Assembly (NCBI GenBank): GCA_002633005.1 | Contig: NMRA01000050.1 | Span: 805,820-869,819 of the forward strand | Length of the DNA stretch: 64,000 bases | Reading direction: 5' to 3' | Origin: Phoronis australis | Taxonomy: Eukaryota; Animalia; Phoronida | Shown here: in pieces, positions 13,202-24,776 of the stretch | Layout of the letters: each line of letters starts with the position of its first letter | How positions within the stretch are numbered: position 1 is the stretch's first letter | Made by a program: the position numbers and the translations under genes | Notes under the pieces: model-generated | Database searches by the model: none | Seen by the model: only the letters and a program-made list of their open reading frames with translations | Told to the model about the DNA's origin: nothing

Positions 13202-14138
13202 CATGATCATCATTGTACCATGTAGAGTTTCGGGCATTGAAATCACCATTTATGATTATACTAACGCTATTGCGGTTAAGTTCCGCTAACTGATCCGCTA
13301 GGGCTTTGAAGTAGAGTTTTCTTTCAGTTGGAGATTGAGAAGGTGAGCGATAAAACAACCCATAGTAAATTTTTCTGTGATCGAAATAAATTTCGATCCA
13401 GCAGTTGCATAACTGAGGACAAGTTAAGCTAGGACATAATTTAAATGAGAGTGTGTTTTTAGTGAATAAAATGATACCACGGCCACTGTTGCTGTGATAC
13501 GAAACACTGTAACCAGGAATGATTAGTTCATTATCAAGGTCGTCTTTGGTAACATTACAAGTTTCACAAAGAGCGACAATCATATAATCGTAAGACAGAA
13601 CAAAGTTTTTTAGAAGTTGGAATCTGGAGAAATTGTTGGATTTAATACTGTTAATATTTGAAAATAAGATTTTAAAGGTAGTATTGTCTTCAGGCCCAGG
13701 ATTTTCTTCAACATCGCCAGCTAAAAGGAGGCACATGCCAATGACGATTCCGTAATCCATACAGGTGTTACATAAACAATAGTAAGACACATCAGTAAGC
13801 TGAACCCGCATAGCGTGATATCTCATTCGATGCCGGTGAGAGGAATTGAACTGTGACCATGAGGGGGAAAACAATGTAAGACCAGAGAAACTCACACTAC
13901 TCGAGGCACTCAAAGGATAGCCGTATTTAACAATTAATACACCAATGCTTGTTGAAAATTCAAGGGTTGTTAAATGAATAAGGTAGTCTGGACAACTAGG
14001 GTAGTCATTTTTAAAAAACAAAATTATATCATAGGCTCGCTTACAGGTACATAAATAGCAACTTAGTTGAAAAGCACAACATATAAATTCAATCTTGGGA
14101 AACCAGTTAGTTCTGTTGCAAGTGAATACAAAACACAT
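13202..14138 (-). CDS. LINE ORF, N-terminal part: Cys-rich hydrophobic leader, 2A-like peptide, then APE endonuclease (truncated by the gap)
   Basis: LLLAGDVEENPGP followed by KILFSNINSI...IVALCET...GRGIILF...FYRSPS...IINGDFNA, the canonical APE motifs, with no stops up to the gap. Confidence 0.85.
13692..13730 (-). other. 2A/StopGo ribosome-skipping motif LLLAGDVEENPGP
   Basis: Exact match to the D(V/I)ExNPG|P consensus with an upstream LLLAG helix. Confidence 0.85.
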
Positions 14139-14679
14139 AGATAATGATTGACCTAAAGATATGTACAGATCAAATAGTAACGGACAAAAGAAGGTTAAAA
14201 ATAAGAGTTTGAAAACTCAAATTCGCTGAAGAAAACACAAAAAGATGTATTGAAGATTTCTCACTATGGATAAATTAGCTGTAACACGTTTTATACTTGA
14301 TAAAAGGCTATGAGTTCTTACCACTATAGGCCACCCAGTAATGACTGAACAGCTCATGTGTTTGGTGGTGTCTTCTGAATTGAAGTAAACTTTCTCACAG
14401 ATTGAAACACCACACACACGAATGGTGGTAACAACAGCGCCTGTGTGAAATTACACATAGTTATAATCTGCAATTAGATGGGTCTCCCTTGTTTTATTTC
14501 GGTTTCTCGAAAAGAAATAGTCAAATTTATCACATCAAAGAAGTATGGACAAGAATTTTCAAGAAACTGGTATTGAATTATTCAGACATTCAGGTGTTTG
14601 AAAGTTTCTTGTGTCGCCATTGTTTTAAGCGGTGAACGTCGTCTACTGCCAATCAACGCGCAGAAGGGATAGCTCATTA

Positions 14680-14735
14680 CTAAGCCTCAAATGGCTAAAC
14701 CGATCAGCGCCATCTTTAGGCTTGGGACGAGGTTG
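14680..14735 (+). repeat. Hairpin repeat copy, inverted relative to 11813-11870
   Basis: ctaagcctcaaatggctaaaccgatcagcgccatctttaggcttgggacgaggtt. Confidence 0.75.
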
Positions 14736-14850
14736 ACACGTCATCTGCTCTGCTGAATTAGGCCGCTGACATTGTAGTAAGCAATACAAGTTTAAGAAAA
14801 AGCACAACACTACGGTTAGTGGGGGTAATATACAGATTATGTGAACTTAC

Positions 14851-15195
14851 AAATTGGGACGACTGCGACAGCGATGGCAGGTTTAAAATGACGCTCCTTT
14901 TTGTTACTGCCTGCGCATTCAAGCAGTCCATCCTCCATACTGGCATTGACTAAAAAGTTGAAAGTCCTCGAAATGTAGTATACGTCATATCGCAAGGGCG
15001 AGCAGTCACCAGTATTCACTGAAGAGGATTTGTTTACCGGGATATGTAGTTCAGCGGCCAGGAAATCAACAGTGATGTCTCCTGCCGCGCAGCCTGTCCA
15101 ACACGTCAGGGAAGCGTTGCTACCATCAAGAACGTAGTAAGTTTTGTTCGATAGCCGACCGGTGTTTGCCTTTATTTGAACATAGTCTGGTCCAT
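14851..15195 (-). CDS. Internal exon (345 bp, phase 1-1) encoding a divergent Ig-like domain
   Basis: Open frame GPDYVQI...VLDGSNASLTCWT...DGLLECAGSN...; acceptor gtgcattctag and donor gtaagt; the 'GPD' start is typical of tandem Ig exons. Confidence 0.8.
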
Positions 15196-15434
15196 CTAGA
15201 ATGCACAAACCCGGAGGGTAGTCTTAAAGTGCACAGGTAACATTGCAAGACCTTACTCTTGTTTTATGGTTCTTTGACTATGTGTATACTCAACATCATG
15301 AAACACTGTACATGCAATGCGGCGTTTTCAAGTTCATTCCACGTCTCTGTATCCGACGCAATGCATGGTTTTGCAAAATACTGACTTGTTGCAGAATATG
15401 ATGTAAGCACTGTATGGCAAGGGAGAGTCGAGGA

Positions 15435-17060
15435 ACGCTGCGAGCAGACGATTGTGTCGGTAAAATTCATCCTCTGAATTACATGTTGGTCGCAATTTCC
15501 TTTTCATATGTTAGTTCTCAGTGTAGACATACTTTATATCTCCAAAACAATTTGGTTTCATCGAATTAGATTTTGCCTGATTTTGTTGCAGATGTTACGG
15601 GCTAGAGACTATTGACCCAAAATTGTGAACCAGATTAAAAATAGCATTAGTCCTAAAATAGCCGCCTGAACACCGTGGGTTAAAATTTTCGTCGGATAAA
15701 ATTCATAATTTTTAGAGCAGTAAAACTGATTTTGAGGAGGCACCCCTTGGATCAATGTTTTTAGTAAGCCAAGTGAACGAGCCCTAGCAAATTTGGCGCC
15801 GTACACGCGAATTTTCTCTTCCTGGAGACTGTACACCAATTGCCATATACATGTACAGCCTTCACCGGTGCATTGTATACGGATTGGCTCTACTGTACTT
15901 TCACTTATTTTACCGTAAATATCAAACATAGAATTCCCGTTTTTTCACATACATGGGATAAATATAGGTTATTCCACATTAATGGGAATACTACTGCCAT
16001 ATCCTTCGGACATTACCAGATGAAATGAATTCGAGATAGGATATGGCAGCAGTATTCCTATGTGTGTGGGATAACCTATATATCCCATTATTTGGATCAT
16101 CGTGGCATGCCGTGTGATCCGGCTTGTTGGTATATATGACGTCATATGTATGCCAAGTACGGTGCCAAAACTGGTTAAGCTACAAGACAATCTGTGAAAT
16201 GTTGAATAACCAGTGAAGTTTTATTTCGTAATAAGTTCGTCTGAATTTTTACATTGTGAAATTTACAAGTTAAAGTATTGAACCATTCAATTACATCAAA
16301 AATTTGTCGGAAACTTAGAAACAATCCAACCGCGAATATAAATTGATCAGAAACATTCCCTGAACTGAGTCGTCTGCAACAGCTTGTTGTCAGCTTCGAT
16401 GAATTTCTTAGTTTTCTTGGTCTATTTTCGTGTCTTAGCTTCTGGACTGTACACAGCGATAGAAACATTTTTCCGTGTTAATCACTGCATTGGGAAATAA
16501 CGTTGGAAATTGTGCTGATTTGCAGAACTTGAGGTAAGGACTATCTCAAAACAGAAGTTTTACGCCACGACCAGCGACGGAGAGATGAAAAATGCTGCGA
16601 GCAGACGATTGTCTCAGTAAAAAAATACATACTCGTTATTAGGTCTTGATTTCCTGTAAAAACCTTAGATCCCAGGGTAGATATATACTGTATGCATCCA
16701 TAACGAAATTAGATTTTGGCAGATTTTACTAGCCGGTGACCTTAGGCCTACTCAGTTTGACCTATTTACGTGTATGACGACCCAGATTGAAACTTCAGCG
16801 AGGCCCAAAAATAGCCGCCTGATCACCGTGCGTCGGAATTTTCATCGGTAAATCTTTTCTGTTTTTAGAGCAGTAAAACTGCTTTTTCAGGAACGATGCC
16901 TTGAATTTGGTAACCCAAATGATTGAGCTCAATAAACTTTGGCGTTGTACACACGAATTTACTCCACCGTCAGACTGCACAACACCTACCGTGAAATACG
17001 GCTTCTACCGTTGAATACGGCTTCTACCGTGATATACGGATTGACTCTACTTTCCCGTGT
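15435..17060 (+). repeat. Diverged ~470-bp direct repeat pair (~15435-15900 and ~16593-17060)
   Basis: Shared collinear blocks gctgcgagcagacgattgt, aaaatagccgcctga.caccgtg, ttttagagcagtaaaactg and tatacggatt..ctctact. Confidence 0.7.
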
Positions 17061-17776
17061 ACCACATTGGAATACGTCACATATACAATCGCCATATTTT
17101 CATAAAAATGGGATGCATTATTGTACTTTATGCCGGTGTGCGGAATATAACGAATTTTATTGAATTAACGTGGTAGCAACGACCGTTTCTCAACTCAAAA
17201 TATCACCTGCATATGCATCACATTCTATAGAAATGTTTGACAAGAGTTATATAATAAATACTTTCTAACCAACCGTACCACATAAGCTAAGAGTAGTTGC
17301 AGAGAAAACCACTATGCTAACACAGGAATCTCACATGCTTTCGTTTAAGATCGAGAGAAATGGCAGAGTGAAGGTGTTTTGACATCAATCTACGCTTACA
17401 GTACCTTTTATAGGTAAAATGGCGAGCGTTTTCGCCACTTACGGCAACCAGAGAAGGCGTAGTTTTGGTAGGTTGTTTTTGAAAATCGACTCGATGGTGC
17501 AGAATTTTTTCATTTCCTAAAATGAAGTCCAACAAAAGAGAGCAAAAATGTTACGGATTTGGTTTTACTAACTACTTGGTAAATCATAGTGGTTCAAAGG
17601 TTGTCTCATTCTAACGCGTATGCCGTTGTGCAGATTTTTAAAAAAATCACCTTGTCTGAAAGCAATGCGGACAAGCGTTATATTTTTCTTTTAGTCAGTG
17701 AACGGACATCTCAAAATGAGTCAAAGTACAGATAAGAGTCAAATATTCCTGTTTCGCCTTAGGTGGTGTTTATAAT

Positions 17777-20700
17777 TGACCTATCGCAAGCTCCGCCCCT
17801 ATGCAAAAAGTCACGTGATACCCGACAAACCAACAAGACGTCAGAGGCAAATACACGGTCGCTAGACGACGTTCCTGGTGGAATCGATGAGTGTTTTTTG
17901 ACCTCTTTGAAAACGCTTCGACAAAGACAACAGACGATGCTTTTCAACAGAGAATAGTACGTTCATGATATGGGAATTTGTAAAGGTGACGATGAAAAAA
18001 TATGTGTTCGAGGAGCCAGCGAAAATCCGAAGAACCCCTCAATCGGGGTTCTCCTTCCTGACAAATGAGAGGCCACTGATACGATATGCTCATGTAGCTG
18101 GGTATGCATCATAAAGGAGAATGCCACCCGATTTGATTAGTCTTTTTTACCGTCTTAATCGGTCTGCATCCACATCGCCTCTTATAAGGTTGACCTCACC
18201 TTGCCGAGAGGTGTCGCGTTAACCTGAGAGGAAGGTGAGAAACGACCCAGCGACGTCAGTGGTTCGTCTGCAGAATGAATGCCGCTATATTGAGGTGCAT
18301 GATTCCCGCTTGTCGGAACTATGAAGCTGCGAAGAAAGCAGGTATATCGTTTTTTCGACTTCTTCGAGAGCACGAAATGCTTAGGAAGTGGCTCTTAGTA
18401 ATGAAGAATTAAAGGTAAGCTGTTAATAGCAAGTATGAGGCCGTGAAACATCTCCGTGTCTGTGGACAGTTTGGATTTCTCTGACGAATTCCGGCTTACC
18501 AAAGAACTATCCATACGTTCCGTTGCCTGTGCATGTTCACAGCGCCTCTAGTATTTCTTGATCAGTGTATTCCGGTTCAAACTGACAGCCTGTGAAACCT
18601 AACGATCCGACCCGTGAAGTCTTCGTCGGATGAGCTCTTGATTAAGTCGGGATTGGCGCCCGGCGAGTTGCCATGTAGACGTTCATTATTCTGCATTCTG
18701 TTTCAAAATGAGTTATTCTCATCCTAACCAATGCTTATATGAAACTGAAACAAAGTCTGTCGCTTTAGATACAATTTGTAGTGCCTTGGAGTGCTCGTGA
18801 GTGCAAAAGTTTTAAGAAGCCAGCAATGAATAAACCACTGCGTTACCCGGCCGGCTTTTGATGCCGGCAACAAAGGCAATTGACCGGGTACCGAGGCCGT
18901 GTGAGCGCATGCTAATTCAATGTTTGCTGAAAGAAAGCTGTTGTGAAACAATTACTCGATTTTATATGCTATAGTCAAATGTTAATATTAGGGGAATCTT
19001 TATTTAGAAATACAAAATTAAAATACATTATTCAAATCAACAACCTTTGCCCTGACGGTCTGTGGAAGGGAACCTGACTTCGCGGCCCCCGACAAGTAAG
19101 TAGATTTTCAGTTTCGTGGCTAATTCACCAATTACGTGCACATTAATTCGTTGGCTCACTCTTATAGTCTTTTTGTGACTAGAGGCTTAGTTTCCAACTC
19201 AAGCTAGTTTATGTTCGTGCCGCGACGGGCCGCGACGGGCCTGATCGTGTTCGAGCTACTGGCCGAGATAACAAGCGTTTTGTGTGTTTAGAACTAAAAA
19301 AATCACAAGTATAAAAAACACAGGTGTAGATTCTCCTGTCTATATTTCACGGAAGAATACTTCGAATTTATCTCCGAACAGACCCCAAACTCCTGCTACG
19401 GACCTTGGTAAATTGGCCTGCCGAACTTTGTAGACTACGATGTGTCCAAATACCAGTAAATCTGTAAGAGCGAAATTAAACAACACGTTATTATAAGAAC
19501 TCGGTGCATTTTTAAAGGTTTTACATCGAAAGTTGATGATTTATTGGTGTTAAACGATGAATTCAATCGATAATCTGACACCAGTAACCCGTGTTGTGAA
19601 CTGCTGAACAGACTGCCTGTGTCAGGTAACGCAACCGAATGTGCCGGAGTAGAACTACTCGATCTAAATTGATACAAAATAGTTTGGTTTTTGGGTGGCA
19701 TTCTCCTTTAAAGTCGAATTATCTGTACGATTCCATAGATTTCAGGATCTTCCGAACAAAATCAGTGAAGATTCACCGGTATTTTTATTCTGTCGTCTGC
19801 TAAATTTCGCCAAAGGAAAAATAGGTCACAACTGGTGTGACTCCTGGAGTAGCGTGAGGTAGCTCATAGATTACAGACAACCCATGTACTATAGTCTCTG
19901 ACTAGGTCGACTCAATAGCACTGTTTACGCTTTTTTAATCTTGTAACGAAATATTTTGATTAAAAAACTCAGGTTCATAGCTCAGGTACACACTCATCTC
20001 GTCCTAGGCAAACAGTTAGCTCCGGTAGGTCTAGGGCTGTGTCTAAGTCAAATTAATGCCTGGAATTGTCCGTTTGCACCATGAAGACATTTAAGTTAGG
20101 CCTACCTTCTGATGAACTTCGCATTTTTTGTAGTTTCATTGCATAAAGGTAGCTTTCATTTAATTTTGAATGATCACTAGGCTGTGGTATGGTTACAAAA
20201 GATTACAAGTCTGGTGAGATAGTTGCAAAAATAGGGTATTTACAAAAATAGCCCAAATTCTTTTTTAAAGCTTCATAATTAATCTAAATAATCATGTTTG
20301 AACAACTTCGAAATTAGTTCTCTCTAACTCTACAGACACTGTGTATACTAGAGGTCCACATCAAAAAGTAATTCAATTGTTTATTTTTTGTGACAACAGC
20401 TCGAACAAGGCTTTGAGTTCAGCAATCCAGGGCTCTCTCTGTGCCGATCGAATCTCTAATTTTGGCTAGGAGAGAAGTTCAGTTGAACGCCAGCTTACGG
20501 GTTTGTGAATAACAAAAATTTACCTCTGATATGGAACAAAATGATGTCCATTAAGCCCAAATAAATGAAAAAAACAAATAAAATAAAAATGTCATCGTTA
20601 TAGTGCTGAGATCCAGCAGGTGCCGAAACGAAGGCGGCCAGACGTAGGAAACTCCGGAGTGAAAATCTGAAATAGCCCTGCACCAAGCTGAAAAGTGCGT

Positions 20701-21081
20701 ATCTTGGAACTAATATATTTGTGTCTATTATAGCCTCTGAGTAATCAAACAACATTGCTAAGTTCAGCTCGTGTGGCCGTACAGCCAAGTTTGATCCACA
20801 GTAGTTTACGTCTTTCGACGTCACTTTTCGGCTTAGGACATGCCAAAAAATGACGGAATATTATTCTGGAGCACCATAACGGCTGTCGGGATTACACACG
20901 CCATATCAACACCGTTTCACCGCGAACAACTTCTTGAGCTATAGACTAAAGTAAGTTTTACTCGACTACGTGTGGTTTGTCGGGTAAAATGGCGGCTTGG
21001 AAACGCAGACGAAGGTGTGTCAAGAATGTTGCGTTCTGATTGGTCAATTAAGCCTTCTGTCATAATCCTGGCGATAGGTCA
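17777..21081. mobile_element. Non-autonomous/degenerate ISL2EU-type DNA transposon with a nested Kolobok
   Basis: at|tgacctatcgc ... gcgataggtca|at (TIR plus AT duplication). Minus-strand THAP remnant VKRC*YGVCNPDSRY...PKPK...WIK...RPHELN (~20700-20925). Plus-strand CSRSQRKSEEP / CSC.AG remnant (~18000-18110). Confidence 0.75.
18115..19707 (+). mobile_element. Non-autonomous Kolobok-type DNA transposon with THAP-domain remnant
   Basis: TIR aggagaatgccaccc / gggtggcattctcct flanked by ataa and ttaa. RCMIPACRNYEAAKKAGISFFRLLREHEMLRKW...HLRVCG at ~18293-18470 is a THAP zinc finger with stops. Confidence 0.85.
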
Positions 21082-21881
21082 ATTATACAGGGGTTCAGGT
21101 TGGATAGCTCAGGACGTCAATCAAGTTTGGTGACCTTGACATCGTTTCATTCGGCAAGCGATGTTAATGCGATAAATAAGTTTTAGATGAGTTTCAAACA
21201 AAGTAGTTAAGATTTTTTATACTGTGCAAAAACATGGCATGTGATTACATGACTGATTTCTAACAGGGTCCAGACTAATTCAGGGCATGTACTCTGAAAA
21301 ACGCGCATTTTTAACTTTTCTGGTACCCCAAGCGTATGTACTTTCGGAAAACGTAGACCGTGAACACAACAATAAAAACACTCTCGTCAGGTAATCGAAA
21401 CCAGCTGAAAGAGGCAACAGTTGAAAGTTGGGTTGAGTATGGCAGCACGTGCATGATTAAAGAGAAATGGTATACGTCGAAAATGACCACGACAGCGTTT
21501 GAAGTAGGCCAGAGGCGATACGCACATGCAGACATTGAAGTAAATACACGTAGGTCCAAACGATACTCAATAAGAGAAGCATATAATTACAAGCGCACGT
21601 TGAGTACGAACAGTACACTGGGTTTCCTGTTCCGTCTGTGCAAGTTGGTCCTTTCGAATCGTAGTTCGTATTCGTACAAGAACTCGTACCACTCATGCAG
21701 GCTAAATCCACGACCTTTCCGACGTCCCACGCGCCGATAGGGTTTGTTACGGGCAAGCATGGTTTGGTAATAACTGAAAAAGATTCTTGTCGTTCCTACA
21801 TGTAAGCACTTCAACTAGAATTGACGTCGCTGAAACGAATCTTAACACTGAAAGAGCATGGTTGTAGTTGCTGTGCGTTTC

Positions 21882-23786
21882 AACTGAAACTGAGGCCTGT
21901 GAAGCGGATCCTAAGAAAACAAGACATAGATGTATCACATTTCCCTGATATGGAAACGTGACTTTCGACCTTTGATGTAAACATAACAATTACGATTTAC
22001 TGAGTACTGTAGACCTCGGTCGATACGTGGAATAATGAATAAAAAACTTTCAGACGTCATTTGTTCCCATCTTGATAAAGACATGAATCCCCTGGTCATC
22101 TTTCTCGATCTCTCTAAAGCCTTCCACACAATAGACCACCAAATACTCTTGCAAAAGATACATGTAAATCACTATGGTATTACTGGCGTTGAAAATTACA
22201 CTGTTTAAAAATTATCTCTCAAACAGCACCCAAAATGTTTCATTGAGAGACACAACTTCCAGTTGGTTATCAAAATGTAGCGGAGTTCCCCAAGGCTCTG
22301 TCCTTGGCCCATTTCTCTTCTTAATTTACATAAATCATCTTCCGTTTTCCTCTCCTATGGACACACTTATTTATCCTTACCGGACTTACCTCGTCACACC
22401 TTGCAAACTGATTGAATCTTCCCAACACACTTCACAGCGATCAACCACCATTAACAACAACCCTAAATCTATTTCAGACTGGTTTTCTGTGAACAAACTT
22501 TCAATTAACACATCAAAAAGTAAATTAATGATCTTCCACAACCTCTAAAGAAAATTGAAAAAGGTATAATTCCCACCATTTATTTAAACAGCAAAACAAT
22601 ATGTCAGGTGAACAGTTTTCCTTTCCTTGGTATTATCGTTGACAAAACCCTCTCATGGTCCCCCCATAAAAACCTCATCTTAAAAAACTTAACAATCTCG
22701 GTGGACTCGCATATAAATTGAAATTTTTCTTCCTCTTCCAGCTCTCAAATTAATATATAACTCACTTGTCCTCCCACATTTAAAGCATGGCATTGCAACC
22801 TGGGGTTTTGGCAACACTAAGAAACTCCAGACAGCCCAGAAAAGACTCCTTCGGAATATATCAAATTCCAGTTGTAAAGCTCACACTCTGACCATTTGTA
22901 AAGAACTTCGCCTCCCTCTATTTCAAGACATCTTTAAAATATTAACTTCAAAATTTTACTAGAAATTCCTCAAAAATCAGCTTCCTAAGTATTCTTACTC
23001 TAACAACTTCTTTAGTAAGCCCATACAATACAAACCAACCAGACACATTAAAACTCCTACATACCTGAATCAATACTCAGCTGCTATTCCGACAATACAA
23101 CCCAAAATTTTAACTCCTCAGTCCAACAAAGTGCCATCCAGAGCCTGTATTAGATTTGAAATTCCTCGAATTATAAACAACAACGAAATACCAGTCTCTG
23201 CTCTTAATATAATATAAACAAACTCCTTGCAAGCATTCTCCAGGTTTTTAACCAATTTTATTATTAGCAACTACGATCCAGTTTGTCATATTCCCAAATT
23301 CCCAATTGCTTCATACGGTATCTAATTGTATTCCCAAAATCTCCTGATCTGTGCCTCTCCACTTCTTGGTTCCTGGCGTGTCGGTCGTCTTCAGCGCTAA
23401 GTCACTTTGTTTTCTTAAGTATGTTTTATTTATGGTTTCCTCACCAATTCCCACTGATTTTTTGCTTTACCATTTATTTATTTTGTACAGGAGACCTTCT
23501 TATTAGTGGTCAATAACCTTTAAAAGGCATCCTAATTTGTATCAAATTATTTAATCATTGTATTATTATAACTTACTGTAAATAAAAGTGTCTCTCTCTC
23601 TCCAGTGGGATAATATTTCATATACGACACTCTCGGTACGTTTTGTATGTATGCACCCAAAGTACCCATGGAGTTGCAATTGTTTTGTATGCATCAAAGG
23701 TCGAAGGTCACGTTTCCATATCAGGGAAATGTGATACAGCTATGTCTTTTTTCTTAAGATCCGCTTCACAGGCCTCAGTTTCAGTT
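21882..23786. mobile_element. MITE/foldback-like element with ~95-bp TIRs, interrupted by a LINE
   Basis: 21882-21977 (aactgaaactgaggcctgtgaagcggatc...gacctttgatg) is the reverse complement of 23692-23786. Confidence 0.75.
22060..23601 (+). mobile_element. 5'-truncated, decayed CR1/L2/Crack-type LINE (RT pseudogene plus 3' tail)
   Basis: IFLDLSKAFHTIDHQILL, SGVPQGSVLGPFLFLIYIN and WFSVNKLSINTSKSK motifs with frameshifts; ends aataaaagtg(tc)n. Confidence 0.9.
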
Positions 23787-24372
23787 CCAGAATATTGTAA
23801 GGTATTATAAATACACAGACACGGGTTAGCGACAATTAGTTACAAGAAAGTTACAGTTGAGTTGCTTTGAAGAGAGCCACTGAGTTATTGTAGAGCTATG
23901 GTCAATAAAAAGCCAGCTACAGAGACAGTAGTTTAATGAAGCAACGAGTGTAACAGTAGCTGGAAGTGTCTCAGAAGCTGATCACAAGTCACGGCTTCAC
24001 AGCATTGGCTGGAGCACAGAGCAAACATTACATTGGATGCTTGGTTTGAGTAGACTTGTGAACTCACGGTCGAGATTAATAAAACGATTAACCCGAACCA
24101 GTCTTCAGTCTATCTTCGCACCAAAACCTATTAGCAGCGGTGGGTATCAACCTGCGCTCACACAGCCACGGGAAAACGGGACATTGAGGGTATTAGGTAG
24201 ACCGTGTTTCTTTCTCTGGTGTTTGTGAACAAACCACATATACAAAATACACGCATTTTTATTTCGTGGCTAGAAATGCAGTAGTTTTCCAAATTATTAA
24301 GTTCTACTATACATTGTACGTAAAACCTTAAAATTACTACACGCTGAACTTGTGTGTCTAAGCGTCTCCTAC

Positions 24373-24579
24373 CTGCTGCTGGTTTAGTTTCGTAAACTTC
24401 TATCTCACAGCCTCCAAGGAAAGATGCCCTCAGTTTCATAATTACCAACTTATGTAGTGCCGTGTCTTCACATTCAAACAACTCGTAGCCCGTGAAAAAA
24501 TCGTTGGAACTAGCACAGGTGGTGGAAGGACCTTCTGTGTCGTTACCTGTGACTATTGTGAAATCCTTAAATTGGAACG
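24373..24579 (-). CDS. Internal exon (207 bp, phase 1-1) encoding the C-terminal half of an F-type lectin (FTP)/F5-8C-like domain
   Basis: AFQFKDFTIVTGNDTEGPSTTCASSNDFFTGYELFECEDTALHKLVIMKLRASFLGGCEIEVYETKPAA contains the CEVEVY-type signature; acceptor ttctttattatag, donor gtagga. Confidence 0.85.
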
Positions 24580-24629
24580 CTATAATAAAGAAAAAGACTA
24601 GAATAGAACGTGCTGAAACTGCTAAAAAG

Positions 24630-24776
24630 GTGAAGCTGTGCGAGAGACTTCGAAGAATAAAGAAGGGAAGGGTAGAATGACTACAACAATGAAAAGTTTC
24701 AGTGAAGCTGTGCGAGAGACTTCGAAGAATAAAGAAGGGAAGGGTAGAATGACTACAACAATGAAAAGTTTCAGTG
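24630..24776 (+). repeat. Perfect 72-bp tandem duplication (2 copies)
   Basis: gtgaagctgtgcgagagacttcgaagaataaagaagggaagggtagaatgactacaacaatgaaaagtttca twice. Confidence 0.95.

Larger units (their letters stand above)
12147..14416 (-). mobile_element. Apparently full-length non-LTR retrotransposon (CR1/L2/Crack group) whose middle, including the RT, is hidden in the assembly gap
   Basis: Poly(A) tail (T14 at 12147-12160) with AATAAA ~15 nt upstream; 3' stem-loop acccaga...tctgggt; TSD cacgaatgg(t) at 12138-12147 and 14417-14426; intact APE ORF. Confidence 0.85.

Noticed and set aside
12338-13249. Long ORFs of X residues
   Set aside because: Artefacts of translating the N gap.
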